A stretch of 22,422 nucleotides of DNA, from positions 1 to 22,422 of the IMG/VR virus record IMGVR_UViG_3300033066_001266; one strand, 5' to 3'. Numbering within the stretch: the stretch's first letter is position 1; every line of letters starts with the position of its first letter. The notes beneath the pieces are model-generated. The model was not told where the DNA came from, did not search any database, and saw only the letters and a list, made by a program, of their open reading frames with translations. This DNA comes from a virus (taxonomy: Duplodnaviria > Heunggongvirae > Uroviricota > Caudoviricetes). The position numbers were made by a program, and so were the translations under genes. Shown here piece after piece: positions 22,362 through 22,422 of the stretch.

Positions 22362-22422
22362 ATATCAATACTATATATACTGGGGCAGCTCTCGCAGGTT
22401 CGGGAGCACTCATATATTCTTT

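Noticed and set aside
1-22422. Genome-wide stop-codon reassignment (TGA=Trp or TAG=Gln)
   Set aside because: TGA repeatedly ends genes in ATGA overlaps (344, 2272, 3289, 3480, 8107, 10974, 13229), and the long genes are uninterrupted under code 11.

Overview
AT-rich segment that reads as part of a large, probably lytic, Bacteroidota-infecting phage genome. The host is inferred from Shine-Dalgarno-less A/T-rich leaders such as AAATTTAAAATT-ATG and one TTG-N20-TATATTTG promoter. No virion genes are present, so phage origin is inferred from gene size, packing and content. Positions 1-20200 carry tightly packed minus-strand genes. These include many small hypothetical or membrane ORFs, an HD hydrolase, a cyclic-phosphate receiver domain, PemK-like and NinB-like proteins, and a five-gene envelope cluster (coiled-coil protein, PspA-like protein, substrate-binding/OmpA fusion, ABC permease, ABC ATPase). 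RNA genes are a tmRNA with a 27-aa tag, two good tRNAs (Ile2/Met-CAT, Arg-TCT) and three aberrant tRNA-like elements. From 13.9 to 19.7 kb there are several broken ORFs, structured intergenic modules, a four-copy dyad or Xer-like motif, and an ORF-free ~860-nt region of raised GC with many nested helices (candidate large ncRNA). Transcription switches strand at a G-tract cluster near 20.25-20.34 kb. Beyond it, a GIY-YIG homing endonuclease gene sits between a stranded 5' stub of a C5 DNA methyltransferase gene and a full methyltransferase gene whose start has been synonymously recoded. All family calls come from motif recognition by eye; no database search was run.
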